A stretch of 64,000 nucleotides of DNA, from assembly GCA_963816425.1 (NCBI GenBank), contig CAWFKP010000006.1:875678-939677 (forward strand), read 5' to 3'. A program made the translations under genes and the position numbers. The notes below the pieces were generated by a model, which was not told the origin of the DNA, searched no databases, and saw only the letters and a list, made by a program, of their open reading frames with translations. The first letter of the stretch is position 1. Every line of letters begins with the position of its first letter. Positions 59,030-64,000 of the stretch are shown here, piece by piece. The DNA comes from an uncultured Actinomycetes bacterium. GTDB taxonomy: Bacteria; Actinomycetota; UBA4738; HRBIN12.

Positions 59030-59755
59030 TCAGATCTTGGTCGCGATCCAGAGCCTGGTCTCGTACGGAACCTGCATGTCTCCGCCCGGGAACCGGTCCC
59101 GGATGATCCCCTCGACATCGCGAAGGTAACTCGTGCGCTCGTGTTCCGAGAGGGCATTCATGTAGCTGTTGCTCCGTTCCTGGACCAACCACCGGTCAAC
59201 AGTGACCTCGCGGATCCACGGGACAACGACCCTGTCTCCGACGTCGAAGAGACCTGACTCGCGAAGCAACGCGCCGGTATCGAAGTCGCGGTGGTGACGA
59301 CGAGCGATCGTCGTCGCCTCCAGCAGATCCCAGTAGTGGTCGAACCAGTCCTCTCCGTCTGCGAACGGGAATGACCACCAGGCGGCCCAACGGCCATCCT
59401 CGCGGAGCACGCGCGCCGACTCCTCGCACCGCCGATCCTCGTCGAGCCAGTGCCACGACTGCGCGAAGCAGATCATGTCTGCGCAGCGATCGTGGAAGGG
59501 CAAGGTCGCCCCGTCCGCGACCACGGCCGGGAGGCGGGGCGTCCGCGCCACCGCTCTCTTGAGAACCTCGCGACCGACATCGAACGGAACGACCGTGGCG
59601 CCGTGTCGCAGCAGGCCGCGCGTCGCGATTCCGGTGCCGGCGCCACCCTCGAGGACCAGGCGGCTCGCCAGAGGCTCCAGGGCGTCGAACAGGGCCTCGG
59701 GATAGTCGGGTCGCCCGGCGTCGTATTCGTCGGCGACTGCATCGAACGAGCTCAT
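59030..59755 (-). CDS. Class I SAM-dependent methyltransferase
   Basis: Start at MSSFDAVADEYDAGRP. SAM motif VLEGGAGTGIAT. Also LPFHDRCADMI. Confidence 0.82.
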   Translation of the reverse strand: MSSFDAVADEYDAGRPDYPEALFDALEPLASRLVLEGGAGTGIATRGLLRHGATVVPFDVGREVLKRAVARTPRLPAVVADGATLPFHDRCADMICFAQSWHWLDEDRRCEESARVLREDGRWAAWWSFPFADGEDWFDHYWDLLEATTIARRHHRDFDTGALLRESGLFDVGDRVVVPWIREVTVDRWLVQERSNSYMNALSEHERTSYLRDVEGIIRDRFPGGDMQVPYETRLWIATKI

Positions 59756-59821
59756 CCGCGCAAGTATGACTCGGCGCCAGTCTCCGTCGCCGATCCCGGC
59801 GCCCATCCGTACGATGGCGTT

Positions 59822-61120
59822 GTGGGCTCTAGGATCCTCGTCGTCGGCGGTGGGTATATCGGCATGTACGCCGCTCGCCACCTCGAGCGACGTCTCCGCG
59901 GCGGCGATCACGACATCGTCGTCGTGAACCCCGAGAACTTCATGCTGTACCAGCCGTTCCTGCCCGAGGTGGCGAGCGGGCTGATCGATCCGCGCGCGGT
60001 CGTGGTGCCGTTGCGACGGGTGCTCCGCCGGTCGGAGTTGGTGGTCGGCGAGGTGGAGCACATCGATCACGCGGACAAGCGCGCTGCGGTGCGGCTGCGC
60101 GGTGGCGGGTCGCGAGAGATCGACTACGACATCGTGATCCTGGGTGCCGGCTCCTGGTCGCGAACCCTCCCGATCCCCGGGCTCGCCGAGCACGCCGTGG
60201 GCTTCAAGGACCTCGCGGAGGCGATCTGGCTGCGGAACCGTGTGCTCTCGCAGCTCGATCGGGCGGCGGAGCTGACCGATATCGCGGCTCGTCGCGCGGC
60301 CCTGACCTTCGTGTTCGTCGGAGCGGGGTTCGCCGGCATCGAGGGGCTCGGCGAGCTCGAAGATCTGGCGAGGGCGGCGGCCGGCCCGATCCCGACGATC
60401 CAACAGCGCGACCAGCGATGGCTGATGATCGAAGCCGGGCCCCAGATCCTGCCCGAACTGGATCCCAAGCTGGCGGCGTACGCGGCCGAGCGGCTGCGAG
60501 AACGCGGCATCGAGCTGCGCACCTCGACACGGATCGAACGGCTCGAGGACAACCTCGTGCACCTGTCGGACGGAGAGGCGGTCCCCGCCGAGACGGTCGT
60601 GTGGACGGCGGGCGTGCAGGCGTCGCCACTCGCGACGACCTTCGGCGTTCCGGTCGACGACCGCGGCCGCATCAAGGTCGACCGGGCGCTTCGCGTCGAG
60701 GGGGTCGCCGACGCATGGGCCGGTGGGGACGTTGCGGCCGTTCCGGATCGGGACGCCGCGATGGGCACGTCACCGCCGACCGCGCAGCACGCGCTGCGCC
60801 AAGCCAGGGTGCTCGCCGCCAACGTCGCGGCCACGCTCGAGGGCGGCAGGCTCAAGCCGTTCCGCTACGCGAACAAGGGGATGCTCTGTTCACTCGGGCA
60901 CTACCGGGGCGTGGCGAATCCGCTCGGCGTGCACATCACGGGCTTCCCGGCCTGGTTCCTGCACCGCACGTACCACCTGCTGTACATGCCGACGCTGTCC
61001 CGAAGAGCTCGCATCGCGCTGGACTGGGCCATCGCGTTGCTGTTCCCCCGCGACATCGCACAGCTGGGGTCGCTGGAACACCCGCGTGATTCGTTCCGCC
61101 GAGCGGCGGGCGACCCGTGA
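59822..61120 (+). CDS. ndh: Type II NADH:quinone oxidoreductase (NDH-2)
   Basis: GTG at 59822 gives (M)GSRILVVGGGYIG. Second dinucleotide fold FVFVGAGFAGIE. Also WAGGDVA. Confidence 0.88.
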   Translation: MGSRILVVGGGYIGMYAARHLERRLRGGDHDIVVVNPENFMLYQPFLPEVASGLIDPRAVVVPLRRVLRRSELVVGEVEHIDHADKRAAVRLRGGGSREIDYDIVILGAGSWSRTLPIPGLAEHAVGFKDLAEAIWLRNRVLSQLDRAAELTDIAARRAALTFVFVGAGFAGIEGLGELEDLARAAAGPIPTIQQRDQRWLMIEAGPQILPELDPKLAAYAAERLRERGIELRTSTRIERLEDNLVHLSDGEAVPAETVVWTAGVQASPLATTFGVPVDDRGRIKVDRALRVEGVADAWAGGDVAAVPDRDAAMGTSPPTAQHALRQARVLAANVAATLEGGRLKPFRYANKGMLCSLGHYRGVANPLGVHITGFPAWFLHRTYHLLYMPTLSRRARIALDWAIALLFPRDIAQLGSLEHPRDSFRRAAGDP

Positions 61121-61365
61121 TCGGACGGTCAGCCCATGCCGTTTCGAGGAGCTTCCTGTCCTCCCACGATCCGTGTCCGGGCGACCGATGGAAGCCGTCG
61201 AGCCATGTCGAGTCGCGCCGCGATCGACACCGACGGAGGCAGATCGCGTCCGCGTCGCCCCGGAGGAGACTGCCGCCACCGACGCATCGCACAGGCGTTG
61301 TTCGACACGCTCGTGCGGCTCGCCGGGGATCGCGCCGTGAAGGCGCAGCGGGGCGAGACGAACGG

Positions 61366-62148
61366 TCAGACGCGTTCGCCGCCGACGAACGTCGCCGCGA
61401 CCTGGCGCCAGTAGGCCGCGATCGGCTCGACGGGCGTCAGCGATGTCAGCTCCTCGCCGGGAGCGTCATGCAGTTGAAGCTCGAACGTACCCGTGAAGAC
61501 GGGTCCGGTCTCGACGTCCTGCGATCGCAGTACGACGAGCTCATCCAGCGCGTCACCCGCGCCGTCGATCGCAGGCATCCATCGCGAGTGCAGCATCGGT
61601 AGTGCGTTCACGAACCCCGCCGTGTCGGCGGTCCCGTCGATCGTGAAGACCGCGTCGATCAGGCGCCGATCGTTCGCGGCGAGGGTGGCCCCGATCTGGC
61701 CGCCGGCCTCCAGTCGTGGACCCGCGCTCCCGATCACGCTCGGGCGCGTCATCCAGATCGAGCCGAGCTTCTTCGGATAGCCCTGGAACCAGCCACGGGC
61801 CAGGGCGAAGTCCTTGTCCACCCAGATCAGGATGCACCGCGAATACGTGACGCCGTCGTGACGACACCGCACGACGACGAAGGCCTCCTTGTACTGCGAG
61901 CGCACGGGATCGAGGAGTTCGGCGCCGTCGGCGCTGCACGATTGCCAGTCCGCGAACACCACCGCGACCGCGTCGGGGTCTTCTTCTGCCGGCTCCACGC
62001 CGCTCGGCAACCATCGACCCACCGACCCTTCGGCCGCTCGGTACTCGATCGTGAGTACGTCGCCGGAGTAGTGCCACGGGGGAGCGGGTACGAGCGATGC
62101 CGCCCCCTCCGGCGAGCGTGGCGCCAGGAAGCCACGAAGCCTAGCCAT
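61366..62148 (-). CDS. Acetoacetate decarboxylase (ADC) family protein
   Basis: Start at MARLRGFLAP. 260 aa. Typical PAPPWHYSGDVLTIEY N-terminus and a beta-cone-like remainder. Confidence 0.7.
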   Translation of the reverse strand: MARLRGFLAPRSPEGAASLVPAPPWHYSGDVLTIEYRAAEGSVGRWLPSGVEPAEEDPDAVAVVFADWQSCSADGAELLDPVRSQYKEAFVVVRCRHDGVTYSRCILIWVDKDFALARGWFQGYPKKLGSIWMTRPSVIGSAGPRLEAGGQIGATLAANDRRLIDAVFTIDGTADTAGFVNALPMLHSRWMPAIDGAGDALDELVVLRSQDVETGPVFTGTFELQLHDAPGEELTSLTPVEPIAAYWRQVAATFVGGERV

Positions 62149-62166
62149 CGGGCGGATAATACGTCG

Positions 62167-63012
62167 ATGGAGACGCGCCGCATCACGATGCAGGGACGCC
62201 CCATCACCGTGACGCGCGATGGCGACGATCTCGTGACGGACGACAGCGAGCGCGTTTCGATCGCCGAGGCGCAGCATCTCCCGCCCTGTGAACCATCGAA
62301 GATCGTATGCGTCCATCTCAACTACGAGAGCCGGCGCGCGGAGTTCCAGGCAACGCTCGGCGCCGCGCCGACGTACTTCCACAAGCCGGTGAGCTCCCTC
62401 AACCATCACGGCGGGGAGGTGGTGCGGCCGCCCCGATGCCGCTACCTCAATTACGAGGGTGAGATCGCGATCGTGATCGGCGAGAGGACGCTGCACGTCT
62501 CCCCCGACGAGGCCGAGGCGCGGATCCTGGGGTACACGGTCGCCAACGACTTCGGGCTGCACGACTTCCGCGACACCGATGCCGGCTCGATGTTGCGGGT
62601 CAAGGGATCGGACTCCCTGTGCCCGCTGGGCCCGGGGCTCGTCACCGGGTGGGAGTTCCGCGGCAAGCACATCGAGACGCGGGTCAACGGCGTCGTCCGG
62701 CAGTCGGGGACCACCGACGAGATGGTGTGGGACATGCCCTACCTGGTCGCGGACATCGCGCGGACGATCACGCTGGAGCCGGGGGATGTGATCCTCTCCG
62801 GCACGCCCGCGAACTCCCGTCCGGTCGAGCCGGGCGACGTCGTCGAGGTAGAGGTTGAGGGGCTCGGGACGCTGCGCAACACGATCGTCGTGGGCGCGGT
62901 AGCGCTTCGCGACGACGTTGGCGCGCAGCCGAGCACCTCCGAGGAGGTCGAGTCGACGGCGTTCGGCGGCGACTGGGAGCTCCGGGGCATCCGGCCGCCC
63001 GAGAACACCTGA
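62167..63012 (+). CDS. Fumarylacetoacetate hydrolase (FAH) family protein
   Basis: 281 aa. CVHLNY, the metal-binding block YEGEIAIVIG, GYTVANDF, LEPGDVILSGTP. Confidence 0.85.
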   Translation: METRRITMQGRPITVTRDGDDLVTDDSERVSIAEAQHLPPCEPSKIVCVHLNYESRRAEFQATLGAAPTYFHKPVSSLNHHGGEVVRPPRCRYLNYEGEIAIVIGERTLHVSPDEAEARILGYTVANDFGLHDFRDTDAGSMLRVKGSDSLCPLGPGLVTGWEFRGKHIETRVNGVVRQSGTTDEMVWDMPYLVADIARTITLEPGDVILSGTPANSRPVEPGDVVEVEVEGLGTLRNTIVVGAVALRDDVGAQPSTSEEVESTAFGGDWELRGIRPPENT

Positions 63013-63058
63013 CGGGGTATGCTCACCCCGGGAGATAGTTCGTATCCAAAGGAGTCGG

Positions 63059-64000
63059 GTGGACGCGAACGAGACACGGCTGCGCCTGCTGTGGTCGGAC
63101 ATCCACGGCATCGAGCGAGGGAAGTACCTCTACGGCAACTGGCGGGAACGCGGACGCGCCAATTTCTGCCTCGCGACGCTCCCGCTGACCTTCGACAGGG
63201 AGATCCTGCCGATTGAAGGGCTCGCGTTCGACGTGGGACTTCCCGACCTCGAAGCGAGCATCGAGTACGACACGCTGCGGACCGGCTGGGAGCCCGCCAC
63301 GACGGTCGGGATCGGGCGCCTCGGCCGGCTCGGTGCGGCGGTGCCCGTCGATCCGCGGCACCTCCTAGAAGAGGCCGTCGCGTCGTGGATCGCTCGGGGG
63401 CTCACTCCGCAGATCGCCTTCGAGTTCGAGTTCTTCCTCCTGCGGCCCGACGGCGAGTCGGGCTGGCTGCCGCTGAAGACCCCGGGCTCACGGGTCTACG
63501 GGACCGGCACGGCCGTCGATCCCGACGGCGTCGTCGCCGAGATCGTCGACGCGGCCTGCGCGTCGGGCCTGGACGTCGAGGCCTGGTGTACCGAGTTCGA
63601 CGACTCGCAGTTCGAGGTCAACATCCGCTATCGCGACGCCGTCCCCGCCGCCGACGACGCGTTCCTGTTCCGGGTGCTGGCCCACGAGATCGCCACGTCG
63701 AGAGGGCATCGCGCCACCTTCGTCGGCCGCCCCTTCGCGGACCGCGGTGGCTCGGGCCTGCACGTGAACATCAGCTTCTGGGACGCTGCCGGCACGAACG
63801 TGCTTCACGATCCGAGCGATCCCGAGGGTCTGAGCGACCTCGCCCGCAGCTGCATGGCCGGGATGCTCGCCCACCACGAAGGGACGGCGGCGATCCTTGC
63901 GCCGACCGTGAACGCCTACAAACGGCTGCTCCCCAACATGATGAACGGCTACTGGGCCAACTGGGGACACGACGATCGCACCGTGGCGATCCGTATCGGC
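63059..64000 (+). CDS. Glutamine synthetase family protein (gamma-glutamyl-amine ligase-like), 3'-truncated by the window end
   Basis: Not in the ORF track because it has no stop in the window. GTG at 63059 after AAGGAG. Open frame to 64000. GS motifs FEFEFFL, EFDDSQFEVNIRY, GSGLHVNISFW, NAYKRL. Confidence 0.82.
   Translation, partial: MDANETRLRLLWSDIHGIERGKYLYGNWRERGRANFCLATLPLTFDREILPIEGLAFDVGLPDLEASIEYDTLRTGWEPATTVGIGRLGRLGAAVPVDPRHLLEEAVASWIARGLTPQIAFEFEFFLLRPDGESGWLPLKTPGSRVYGTGTAVDPDGVVAEIVDAACASGLDVEAWCTEFDDSQFEVNIRYRDAVPAADDAFLFRVLAHEIATSRGHRATFVGRPFADRGGSGLHVNISFWDAAGTNVLHDPSDPEGLSDLARSCMAGMLAHHEGTAAILAPTVNAYKRLLPNMMNGYWANWGHDDRTVAIRIG

Noticed and set aside
61290-61312. GTTCGAC sequence resembling a tRNA T-loop.
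   Set aside because: The flanking bases cannot form a T-stem, and no acceptor or anticodon arms are present. No other intergenic region is long enough or shaped like a tRNA.
61136-61414. 92-aa ORF (and the 61117-61602 ORF) in the ndh/ADC gap.
   Set aside because: The sequence is Arg-rich with no recognisable domain. Third-position GC is only moderate in the 5' half. It overlaps the 3' end of the ADC-family gene. I kept it only as a non-coding-gap observation.

Overview
This is a very GC-rich, extremely gene-dense chromosomal segment; third codon positions are almost all G/C. It looks actinobacterial: two LmbE/PIG-L deacetylases, an MshD-like GNAT, an LLM-class oxidoreductase, LigD+Ku NHEJ, an ECF sigma/anti-sigma pair, and TANNNT hexamers placed for leaderless mRNAs. 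I call about 70 protein genes. I found no rRNA, tRNA, CRISPR array, transposase, integrase or phage genes, so it reads as core chromosome rather than an accessory island. Recognisable blocks are hutH, pepA, lgt, mrp, an orphan pilT, an NfeD-SPFH operon beside the ECF sigma/anti-sigma pair, glpX-gpsA, argC-argB-argR-argG-argH (no argJ/D/F), an ABC-2 exporter, cspA, a class III adenylate cyclase, the ligD/ku NHEJ locus, glnB-glnD, ndh, and a partial GS-like gene at the 3' edge. Main observations: (1) Five conserved genes (SRPBCC, PIG-L, PAP2, NfeD, SAM hydroxide adenosyltransferase-like) are each split by one frameshift; this is either indel errors in the assembly or real pseudogenes. (2) Packing is extreme: 13 start/stop overlaps (ATGA/GTGA type), five convergent gene pairs sharing a palindromic CTAG as both stop codons, and divergent pairs only 18-21 bp apart. 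(3) Several uncharacterised gene combinations stand out: ligD followed by a USP-USP-Rieske fusion; a 4xGNAT protein in front of glnB-glnD with no amtB; a GNAT/aminotransferase/C45 operon; and a membrane protein/CPBP/tandem-PNPOx/SRPBCC operon. (4) A perfect 14+1+14 bp AT-rich palindrome sits between marR and an ankyrin-repeat gene. I did not find a convincing self-contained novel system such as a defence island. All family assignments come from motifs read by eye and need HMM/BLAST confirmation.
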